64,000 nt of DNA from Acidobacteriota bacterium. GTDB lineage: Bacteria; Acidobacteriota; Thermoanaerobaculia; Multivoradales; J023. The stretch covers positions 30,437-94,436 of the forward strand of contig JBCDIS010000003.1 of the NCBI GenBank assembly GCA_038748685.1, read 5' to 3'. Below, in pieces: positions 17,423 to 25,685 of this stretch (position 1 is its first letter; each line of letters opens with the position of its first letter). Both the position numbers and the translations under genes were made by a program. Below the pieces are notes generated by a model. That model was not told the DNA's origin. It ran no database searches and saw only the letters and a list, made by a program, of their open reading frames with translations.

Positions 17423-18223
17423 ATGTCCCTCCCGACGCCCCCCGTATCCCCACGATTCCCCCGCTGGGGATGGATCGCCGTTCTGACCTTGATGCCGCTC
17501 GCGGCGGTGCATCCCACGATGGCCGAGGAACCGGCGACGGCCGAGGCTCCTGCGGCGGACGAGGTCCCCGCAGAGGCCAACGACGCGGCGGCGCCGACCT
17601 TGGAAGAGGCCCTGGCTACCTTCGACGCCGAGGTTCGTTCCCTGCGTTCGACGTTTCTGAAGGAGCACGGGGATCCGGAAGACCCCGACTGGGTGAAGCG
17701 GAAGCTGGCCCACATGGTGGAGGTGGACCAGTACATGCGGACCTACTCCCGCCTGCCCCACGAGCACGGCTACGACGACGCGCAGCAGGAAGCGTTCCGC
17801 GAGGTCTTCATGACCCGCTGGTCGCTGATCGACGCCCAGCACACCGAGACGCTGAAGATGCTGCTGTCGATCCACGGCTGGTTCACCATCGGCAAGTTCG
17901 GCGAGCAAGCCGACAAGGACGGCTGGCTCCTCGTACAACACGCCGACCTCGACCCCGACTTCCAGCGCCGGGTCCTCGGCATGCTCGAGAAGCTCCTCCC
18001 CAGCGGCGAAACCCGCAAACGTAGCTACGCCTACCTCTACGACCGGGTGGCGGTGGCGGACAACCGTCCCCAGCGCTTCGGCACCCAGGGGCGATGCGTC
18101 AGCAAGGGCACCTGGGAGCCACGGGAGATGGAAGAACCCGAGCGCATCGACGCGATCCGCGCCGAGGTGGACCTCGGCCCCATGGCGGAGTACATCGAAC
18201 GGTTCGTCGACATCTGCCCCTGA
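17423..18223 (+). CDS. Secreted DUF6624-family protein
   Basis: ATG 17423 with AAGGAGGT RBS. Signal-like segment, MVEVDQYMR, HGWFTIGKFG, GWLLVQHAD, YAYLYDRVAV...PQRFGTQG. Confidence 0.8.
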   Translation: MSLPTPPVSPRFPRWGWIAVLTLMPLAAVHPTMAEEPATAEAPAADEVPAEANDAAAPTLEEALATFDAEVRSLRSTFLKEHGDPEDPDWVKRKLAHMVEVDQYMRTYSRLPHEHGYDDAQQEAFREVFMTRWSLIDAQHTETLKMLLSIHGWFTIGKFGEQADKDGWLLVQHADLDPDFQRRVLGMLEKLLPSGETRKRSYAYLYDRVAVADNRPQRFGTQGRCVSKGTWEPREMEEPERIDAIRAEVDLGPMAEYIERFVDICP

Positions 18224-18246
18224 CGGGGCCACAGGAGATCGCTGAG

Positions 18247-19722
18247 GTGACCCGCCCCACGCCGTTTTTCCTCACCCGCGCCGAGGCTGGAAGCCTGGCG
18301 ATCCGCTACGACGAGATCCTGCCGGGGCCTGAAACCCCGGAGTCGATTCGCCAGACGGCAGTCTACCGCTTCTACGCCGAGGCGATCGTCGCCCGGGGGC
18401 TCGACGGCGACCTACGCCGCTTTCGCCACCGGGCCCTGGGGGGCCTACTCACCCGCCGCGACCACGTCGCCCTCGACGACCTCTTCGAAGGGGTCAAAGG
18501 CCACGCCCTCCAGGGGGGCTACATGCTGCCGAGGCGCGACCCTTCCATGCCCGGCACCTTCGCCGCCTACGGTCGCACCAACAGCTACGCCATGCTCCTC
18601 GCCCAGATCCTTTTCGTCGACAACGCCGTGAAGGAAGGGCTCGCGGCGCTCCTCGACGACGGCACCCAGGCGCAGGTGCTGCCCCGCGTCGCCCGCTTCC
18701 TGGAGGGCCGGTCGAGGGAGAACGGCCGCCCCATCGGCGCCGACGACGCCCGCTTCTTCGCCACCCTCTTCGTGCTCCAGACCGCCTTCGACCGGCTCTT
18801 CATCACCGACGAAAAGCCCGTGGAATACGACCCCGCCACCGGCCGACGCACGCGGATGGCGGGCTACGACGCCTGCACCGCCTACCTCGAGATAACCAAC
18901 CGTCGACTGGTGACGGCGACCCGCGCCGAGCGCCGGCTGTGCGAAAACCTCACCACCGGCTGGGGCGACGGCATCGACCGCGCTACCTGGGACTACCTGA
19001 ACCGTTGCTACTACGGCAGCATCTCCCCCACCACCGGCAAGACGGTCATGTTCACCGAGAACTACGACCGCCTGCTGGAGAAGATGCTGCCCCAGTTCGC
19101 CTGGGCCAAGGTCCGCCTTTCGCAGGAAATCATCGCCGCAAAGCGCGCCGGCGAGCGTCTAAACGTCCTAGAAATCGGCGCCGGCACCGGCGCCTTCGCC
19201 ATCGAGCTGTGGATGTCCTGCAAAGAGGCCGGGATCCCCCCCGAGACGATCACCTACCGCGGCGTCGAGCCCAGCGACCTCATGCGCAGCCAGCTCGCCA
19301 AGAACGTGGCCTCCCGCATGGGGGCGGACTCCCTGCCGGAGGGCTGGGGGGTGGTGGAAGGCGACCTAGAGACCTTCACCGAACACCCCGCCCGCTACCT
19401 CACCGCCGGAGCCCACAACCTGGTGGTGCTCTGCTTCTGCATCCACCACTGCTACCCCCCCAGCGTCGACGACTTCCTCACCTCCGAGCCCGTACAAGAT
19501 CTCGCCTCAGCCATCTACGTACTCGACGGCGTCCGCGAGCACGGCTGGACCAAGCCGTACTACATGTGGGCCGACTGCGAGAGCCCGGAGTGTTTCGACA
19601 ACGTCACGAAACAGGGCATCTGGCGCTCGGAGACCCTCTGGACCGAACCCGCGAAACCCATCGACGGGCACGCCGTCACCACTGCTTGGTGTGCGTTGCG
19701 GCGGTTGACCGTGAAGCTTTGA
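18247..19722 (+). CDS. Class I SAM-dependent methyltransferase with long uncharacterised N-terminal region
   Basis: GTG 18247 with AGGAG upstream. Motif I VLEIGAGTG, motif II YRGVEPSDLM, then VVEGDLE. Confidence 0.75.
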   Translation: MTRPTPFFLTRAEAGSLAIRYDEILPGPETPESIRQTAVYRFYAEAIVARGLDGDLRRFRHRALGGLLTRRDHVALDDLFEGVKGHALQGGYMLPRRDPSMPGTFAAYGRTNSYAMLLAQILFVDNAVKEGLAALLDDGTQAQVLPRVARFLEGRSRENGRPIGADDARFFATLFVLQTAFDRLFITDEKPVEYDPATGRRTRMAGYDACTAYLEITNRRLVTATRAERRLCENLTTGWGDGIDRATWDYLNRCYYGSISPTTGKTVMFTENYDRLLEKMLPQFAWAKVRLSQEIIAAKRAGERLNVLEIGAGTGAFAIELWMSCKEAGIPPETITYRGVEPSDLMRSQLAKNVASRMGADSLPEGWGVVEGDLETFTEHPARYLTAGAHNLVVLCFCIHHCYPPSVDDFLTSEPVQDLASAIYVLDGVREHGWTKPYYMWADCESPECFDNVTKQGIWRSETLWTEPAKPIDGHAVTTAWCALRRLTVKL

Positions 19723-19951
19723 GTCGGGAATCTCTCAGGTCGTGACCTTAGGCCTCCAAGCTGCTGCCCGCTTTCCAAAGGCGGAATGCCACAGCTTGTC
19801 ACAGCTCGGTGTCACAGATTCCCGAGAACGTAGAATCGAATGGAATCTATCGAACCTTTTGTCGCTCCCTTGAAGAGTCGTCTTTGCTCGAACCGCTCGC
19901 GCTCCCAAGGCTGGAGATCAGTTCCGGATCGCCTGATGATGAAACCCTCAT

Positions 19952-20554
19952 TCAGGAGAAGATTGCCTTCAGCGCGCCCAGGACGGCCTGCTTCATGGTC
20001 TTGTAAAATGTGTTCGCGCAATTCTCGTAGCCTGTCGAGCTGAAGCAGCTCAACACGTCTGAGAAGAACTTTATGATCATTGACAGAATTTGCTTGAAGA
20101 AATCTAAGACCGCTTTCGCCGCAACTACTAGCAAGTCTCCTACCTTGATCCAGAAGGAATCTCCGTATTTCTTAACTTCGGCGAGAGCCCTTTGCATGTT
20201 TTGATTCGACCTCTCTAACGCCGAAACCTTTCGCTCTTCCAACCTACGTCTAAAGTCTTGACGCCCGTTTGATCCATTTCTCGCCGTGAGAGCATCTTCC
20301 TGGATTGTGGCAAGGTTCTTTAACTCACCTGCCTGGTAACGCTCAAAGATTTCCTCAAGCTCCCTGGTTCGAAAAATGGAGAAATTTGCTTCTAGTGGCT
20401 GAACCGCACCCGTTGGCTTCAAGTCGACGTCGTGGAACGGATCTGTCGCATCTGCATCACCTTCTACAATGGCATCGCCATAGGCAATACATCGATCGAT
20501 CAGTTTCCCAAAGTCTTCGATGGATTCAACTCGCGTCAATGGTTCCTCCTTCAT
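19952..20554 (-). CDS. AT-rich orphan protein (200 aa), helical with amphipathic C-terminus
   Basis: Open for 200 codons in a ~47% GC patch, with an ATG and a plausible GAGGAGG RBS. No family recognised. Confidence 0.6.
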   Translation of the reverse strand: MKEEPLTRVESIEDFGKLIDRCIAYGDAIVEGDADATDPFHDVDLKPTGAVQPLEANFSIFRTRELEEIFERYQAGELKNLATIQEDALTARNGSNGRQDFRRRLEERKVSALERSNQNMQRALAEVKKYGDSFWIKVGDLLVVAAKAVLDFFKQILSMIIKFFSDVLSCFSSTGYENCANTFYKTMKQAVLGALKAIFS

Positions 20555-20619
20555 CGAGGACGGATTGAGTCAATAGAACCTCCGGTGTCTCGAGTCAAAG
20601 CCGTTGGGTCGGCGTCTGA

Positions 20620-22290
20620 CTACCCCGGCTTTACCGAGAACGCATCCGCGATCCAGAGACCGTCGGGATCGAGGGCCGCTTTGATCCGGCGCAGCCTCCG
20701 ATACTTCTCCTCGTGGTCGTAGTAGTGCTGCCAGACCGTGTCCAGGTCGCGCTCGCCGAAGGTGTAGGCGAACATCCGCATGTCGGCGTTGGCGTAGGTT
20801 TGCTGGCCGATGAAGACCTCGTCGTTCTCCCGCTGCCAGGCCTGGGCCTTCTCGAAAGCGTCGCCGCTTAACCAGCCCACCGAGTAGAACGAATCGTGGC
20901 TCATGGCGAGGGCCTGATCGCGCCAGGAGTAGGAGGTGAGGCCGTTCTTGCCGTACTCGGCGACGGCGCCGCCGGCGTAGACCTGCTGCTGGGAGACGAG
21001 GTGCTGGTGGTGGCGGGTGCCGATGGGGCCCATGATCTCGTACATGCGCTCGGTGTAGGTCTCGGGGAAGCCCTCCAGAACGTCCATCGTGACGCGGGAG
21101 CGCTTGACGAAGGGATACTCCATCTCCCGGTCCTGCTTCATGATGAAGTGGTGCGCAAGCCCCTCGGAGACGGGGGTGTTCTGGAGACGGCAGGCGATGA
21201 GGGGATCGCCGCAGACGTCGTCGTCGGTGAAGGATTCGAACCACTGATCGTCGAACGCTTCGGCCTCTCCGCCCTTGTTGGTGAAGCACAGCCACATCTG
21301 AATCAGGGCCGGGACGGGCACCGCGTCGATCTTGATGTCGAGCTTCCGTAGCTCTTCGTCCACCGGCTCGGGAATCAGGTCCATCATGCCGGTGCCGGTG
21401 ATGGTCAGCATGAACTCGTAGTCCGAAGGCACGGTGCCGTCGGCGCAGAGCTTGGAGAGTTGCTGCATCCGGCGCACGACGCCCTCCATCTTGTCCTTAG
21501 ACCACAGCCAGGCGAAGGTGTAGCAGGCCGAATTGGGGTAGTCGGCGTCGCGGAGGGGGCTGAACTCCCAATGGGTGACGATGCCGAAATCCCCGCCTTT
21601 GCCGCCGCCGAGGACGGCGTAGTACACGTCGTCGTTGTGCTGGCTCGTCTGCCCGGCGACGGGCCGGACGATGCGCGCTTGATGACCGCTGGCCAGGATG
21701 ATGTCGAAGGCCAGCACGTGGTCGGCGAGGAGGCCGTGGCTACGGGCCACGATGCCCCAGCCGCCGGTGTGCACGTGACCGCCGAGGTGGACGTGGGCGC
21801 AGACCCCCATGGGCAGGTAGATTCCGTGCTCCTGGTTCTTCTCCGCCCAATCCCCGAGCCCGAAGCTCACGCCGCAACGCAGCACGTTCGCCGCCGCGTC
21901 GTACTCGTACCCCTGGAAGGTCTCGCTCAGGTCGATCTGCATGTTCACCGGCGAGGTCGACGAGTAGCCGCAGTACTGGTGACCCCCGGTGCGCACGGCG
22001 ATGGCCATACCCAGTACCCGGCACAGGCCGATGGCTTTGAGGATGTCCGGCTCGCCGGTGGGGTACAGGATGATTCGCGGCGAGACGTCGCCTTCCTCGA
22101 AGGAGGTCGTGGCGTATTGCAGACGCTTCTGGGGGTAATCGTCGTCACCGATGATGAACCAAACTCCTTCGAAATCCGCTGCCTGCGCCGCGACCCTCAG
22201 GGCCTCCAGCTCTTCCCGGTGTTCAGCAACATATTTCTCGATGAAATCTGAATCATCCATGTTGCGTACGGCCAGATCTTCTTGGTCCAT
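20620..22290 (-). CDS. FAD-binding oxidoreductase, berberine-bridge-enzyme-like (FAD_binding_4 + BBE)
   Basis: AVRTGGHQY (flavinylation His), GVCAHVHLGGH, FYAVLGGGKGGDFGIVT-type motif, C-terminal YRRLRRIKAALDPDGLW. Confidence 0.9.
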   Translation of the reverse strand: MDQEDLAVRNMDDSDFIEKYVAEHREELEALRVAAQAADFEGVWFIIGDDDYPQKRLQYATTSFEEGDVSPRIILYPTGEPDILKAIGLCRVLGMAIAVRTGGHQYCGYSSTSPVNMQIDLSETFQGYEYDAAANVLRCGVSFGLGDWAEKNQEHGIYLPMGVCAHVHLGGHVHTGGWGIVARSHGLLADHVLAFDIILASGHQARIVRPVAGQTSQHNDDVYYAVLGGGKGGDFGIVTHWEFSPLRDADYPNSACYTFAWLWSKDKMEGVVRRMQQLSKLCADGTVPSDYEFMLTITGTGMMDLIPEPVDEELRKLDIKIDAVPVPALIQMWLCFTNKGGEAEAFDDQWFESFTDDDVCGDPLIACRLQNTPVSEGLAHHFIMKQDREMEYPFVKRSRVTMDVLEGFPETYTERMYEIMGPIGTRHHQHLVSQQQVYAGGAVAEYGKNGLTSYSWRDQALAMSHDSFYSVGWLSGDAFEKAQAWQRENDEVFIGQQTYANADMRMFAYTFGERDLDTVWQHYYDHEEKYRRLRRIKAALDPDGLWIADAFSVKPG

Positions 22291-22583
22291 GTCACCCTCC
22301 GTATTTCAGTCATCACGTCTTCAGGCCGAGGGTCTCGGCGGCGAGCCGCCGAGGCCGATCCGGCCGGTACGACAACGATTCGATGGCCGGCTAGGTCGCC
22401 TCGCACGCGCGCCGCGGCCGCCGAGCCTTCTGCTTCAGAAAGACGCGATAAGTCTGACAGAACTGGACCAGGCGTGCCACGACCGACGGGCTATCGGCCG
22501 GCCCGACGCCCTCGGCGGTGCATGGAACCGTCGCCTTGGCTTGACGGTGTCGCCGGCGAGGAACTCGGAGTCGGTGGTCTCGG

Positions 22584-23039
22584 CTAAGGAGTGCCTTCCA
22601 GGCCGGACGAGGCCAGCATCTTGGCCAGGATGGCCGAAAACCGCCGACGCTCCACCTCCTCGAGGCCGCTGGTCAGGCCGTTCACGATGTCCGCCAGGAG
22701 CTCTTGGTATCCCGCAACATGGGCGCGGCCCTCGTCGGTCAGGCTGACGAGCCAGACCCGGCCATCGGTCGAGCTCCGGGATCGCCGGATCAAGCCAACC
22801 TCTTCGAGCACCTTCACCGTACGGGTAATCTGCCCTTTGTCCCTGGAGAGTTGTCGGGCGAGGTTCTGAATCGGCAGCGGCTCCAGATCTGCGATGGTCA
22901 CCAGGGTCATCGCCCCAAACGGCCCGATCCGAGCTCGGTCGACGACCTCGGCCCGCTGACGCATGTTGCAGTGAAGCAGCCGCATCAGACGATCCAGGTC
23001 CAAGGCGAGCGCCAAGACATCTCTGCTAGACGGCGTCAT
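22584..23039 (-). CDS. MarR-family transcriptional regulator
   Basis: 151 aa from ATG 23039. LARQLSRDKGQITRTVKVLEEVGLIRR...DGRVWLVSLTDEGR. Confidence 0.92.
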   Translation of the reverse strand: MTPSSRDVLALALDLDRLMRLLHCNMRQRAEVVDRARIGPFGAMTLVTIADLEPLPIQNLARQLSRDKGQITRTVKVLEEVGLIRRSRSSTDGRVWLVSLTDEGRAHVAGYQELLADIVNGLTSGLEEVERRRFSAILAKMLASSGLEGTP

Positions 23040-23044
23040 TTTTT

Positions 23045-23089
23045 GTTGACTCAAATCAACTACTTATCTAAGGTTGACTTCTGTCAACC
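23045..23089. promoter_or_regulatory. Two palindromic operator-like sites GTTGA(C)-N4-(G/A)TCAAC in the divergent MarR promoter
   Basis: Perfect ggttgac-ttct-gtcaacc at 23072-23089 and near-perfect gttgac-tcaa-atcaac at 23045-23060. Confidence 0.75.
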
Positions 23090-23135
23090 AAGACGCCAGG
23101 TGTACACGACGCACGCCACCGTGGGAGAACGCTAG

Positions 23136-23432
23136 ATGTCACGAACACACGAACTGGCCCTCAAAGCCGCGACCATCCTCTGGGTCGTCTGGGGAATCGA
23201 CCACATTCTCGGCGGCATCGTGACGATGGCCGACGATGCGACCGGCGGATTCCAAGGTATCGCCGCTGCTGTCGAGCCCGACGACTTGGGGGCAGAGTAC
23301 CACCCAGCCGTGGAAGCGATGCTCAACCAGCACGGATGGAACCTCCCCTGGGTCGGCGTACCCTCGAAACTGCAGCGGCCCCCGCAGGATCTCCAAACGC
23401 CACGATCCCGAAACAAGGAAACCCGCCCATGA
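23136..23432 (+). pseudogene. Probably truncated membrane-protein gene
   Basis: N-terminal TM helix and a ...NQHGWNL stretch typical of a multi-TM family, then an abrupt switch to low-complexity sequence (PSKLQRPPQDLQTPRSRNKETRP). Stop overlaps the SDR start (ATGA). Confidence 0.5.
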
Positions 23433-24253
23433 CTTCGAAACCCCTGGTGGCCATCACCGGTGCGTCGAGTGGTATTGGCGCTGCGCTAGCCAGCCTCCAC
23501 GCCGCCGATGGCTGGGACGTCATCATGGTCAACCGGAGCGTTGAGCGCTCCCAGCCCGTTGTCGATCGGATCCGGGGCGAGAGTCCCGACGCTTCCGTCG
23601 AGGTGATCCAGGCGGACCTGGCACGACTCGACTCGATCGCCCGTGCGGCGGAAACGCTCCGCGAGCGCGACCGCATCGACCGCTTCATCAACAATGCAGG
23701 CGTGCTCCTGGGCGAGAAAGTCATGTCGGAACACGGCGTAGAGATGCACGCCCAGGTGAACACGCTCGCTCCTTACCTCTTCGGACGATGGCTGAGTCCT
23801 GTGATGGAGGGCGTAGTGATGGCACTCGTCACGACCAGCGCCATCAGCCGCGCAAAGACGCTGGCAGTCGAGGAGCTGGCTGATCCGTCTTCCTTCAGAA
23901 AGCTCTTTGGACCCTACGTGCAGTCGAAGCTAGCAGCGACCGCGATCATGGACGCGTTCGCTCGCGAGTACCCCGCCATCACGTTCCGGTCCACCGAACC
24001 GGGTGCCGTCAAGACCTCGATGACCCGTGGTGACGGCATGCCGCGATGGCTCGCGCCAATCCGGAACCTCTTCTTCGCTTCCCCCGAGAAAGGGGCCAGG
24101 AGGATCTTCGACAGCGTCAACGCCCCCCGGGCCGACTACCCGAGCGGGGCCTTCGTCCAAGGCGGCAAGCGACGGGCTCTGCCAGCCGACGCGGGCGATC
24201 CGGCCGTGCAGAAAGCCCTACTCGCCTGGTGCCAGGAGATCACCGGCGTTTGA
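23429..24253 (+). CDS. Short-chain dehydrogenase/reductase (SDR)
   Basis: MTSKPLVAITGASSGIG, NNAG, catalytic YVQSK. 274 aa. Confidence 0.92.
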   Translation: MTSKPLVAITGASSGIGAALASLHAADGWDVIMVNRSVERSQPVVDRIRGESPDASVEVIQADLARLDSIARAAETLRERDRIDRFINNAGVLLGEKVMSEHGVEMHAQVNTLAPYLFGRWLSPVMEGVVMALVTTSAISRAKTLAVEELADPSSFRKLFGPYVQSKLAATAIMDAFAREYPAITFRSTEPGAVKTSMTRGDGMPRWLAPIRNLFFASPEKGARRIFDSVNAPRADYPSGAFVQGGKRRALPADAGDPAVQKALLAWCQEITGV

Positions 24254-24353
24254 GCCAGCGCCGTCGCTCCCCCGGCCTTGATGGGTCGAACGGGCATTCA
24301 GTCTGGGAACAGACCTGCAAGGGCATGCGCGACCGTGCGGGGGCGGGACGCCT

Positions 24354-25400
24354 CTAGGACCGAAATTGCGCCGGTGTTTTTCCTGTCCAGCGCTTGAAGG
24401 CCCGGCGGAAGGCCCTTTCGTCGGAGTAGTCCAGTAGACGCGCCACCCGGCCGATGGTGATTCGAGGGTCCCCCAGCAGCTCTTCGGCGTAGATGGCCCG
24501 GACTTGATCGATCAATCCGCTCAGCGTATAGCCGTGGGCGGCGGCCAACCGCTGCGCCGATCGTAGACTCAAGAAGGCACGCTCAGCGGCGGCTCGGCCG
24601 CTGAACTCGCCATTCGAAGCATTGTCGGTGATCGCTTGGCGAAGCTGGGCCAGCTGGGCCGGAAACCCTTCACGCCGGACGCGCTCCGTCGCCTGCGCAA
24701 AGTGTTGCACGACAAAGGCGAACAGCTCCGTATTGGCGTGGCTGATGGCCGAGTCCAGGCTTCCTGGGCGAAACACGATCTCGTTACTCGGCAGGTCGAA
24801 TTCAATCGGTACCCTAAAGTAATCCTCATAAGCCTCGATGGGCCCCCACTGGCTGCAGACGAACCCTACTCTCTCGAGCGCATCCTCGACCCCGAGGGCT
24901 TCACGGATCAGGCGAACCGTAAGCGCGCCGGCCATGGCGGCCGATCGCCCCTGATCGATTCTGTCCGAGGGATGCTCACCCCGCAGCTGAGGGACCCCGT
25001 CGACTTCGAGCAGCTCCAGCTCCAATCGGTCGCCGAGCAGCATTCGGTTCTGGGTCAGCAGTTCCAGCGCTTGCCGCAGGTTCTCCGCGAACTGCATACC
25101 CTCCGCGAGCCCGGCCATGCAGGCGAGGGGGGCGGCGCGGGCCATCTGCAGCGGGAGCGCTTCATCGGGCCATTCTTGCCACAGGGCCAGCCACAGCCGC
25201 GGCAGAACATCGTCGGGTAGGCGGTCGTTCGGGTTGACCAGATCCAGGCCCGAGACACCGCAGGCCGCGTTGATGCGCTCCATGCTCCAGCCGCGGGAAA
25301 GCGCGAAGGCGGCGGTGGTAGAAGCGATGCTCGCGTGGGCCTTCGGCCGACTCACGTTGGCGTGGGTTGTCCATTGCTGTTTCGCCACGGTCCTTGGCAT
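24354..25400 (-). CDS. AraC-family transcriptional regulator (N-terminal ligand-binding domain + HTH)
   Basis: 348 aa. C-terminal LSLRSAQRL...VARLLDYSDERAFRRAFKRWTGKTPAQFR. Divergent from the RND operon. Confidence 0.92.
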   Translation of the reverse strand: MPRTVAKQQWTTHANVSRPKAHASIASTTAAFALSRGWSMERINAACGVSGLDLVNPNDRLPDDVLPRLWLALWQEWPDEALPLQMARAAPLACMAGLAEGMQFAENLRQALELLTQNRMLLGDRLELELLEVDGVPQLRGEHPSDRIDQGRSAAMAGALTVRLIREALGVEDALERVGFVCSQWGPIEAYEDYFRVPIEFDLPSNEIVFRPGSLDSAISHANTELFAFVVQHFAQATERVRREGFPAQLAQLRQAITDNASNGEFSGRAAAERAFLSLRSAQRLAAAHGYTLSGLIDQVRAIYAEELLGDPRITIGRVARLLDYSDERAFRRAFKRWTGKTPAQFRS

Positions 25401-25685
25401 TCTTCCTTGCTTGCCTCCCTGTGTCCGTTTGGGCGAGGTGTCTCACGGTCCTGTCGACGAGAACCCGGATCATACACAGTCGAGAACGGCGCCGGCTGGG
25501 AAGGGTCGAGTCTCCAGGACCACCTTTCGTTCTGATCGATCGCCCCAGCGGCCGATCTTTGGGGGTAGGGACGACGCGTTGATGTTCTGGCCGGAGAGCC
25601 GGCTGATTCACATTGGCGCGAATTGTCCCTTTAAGGACCGCTGCTGTCCTTCACGCCCTCGGGTCGCTTGTTCAGAATCTACTCA

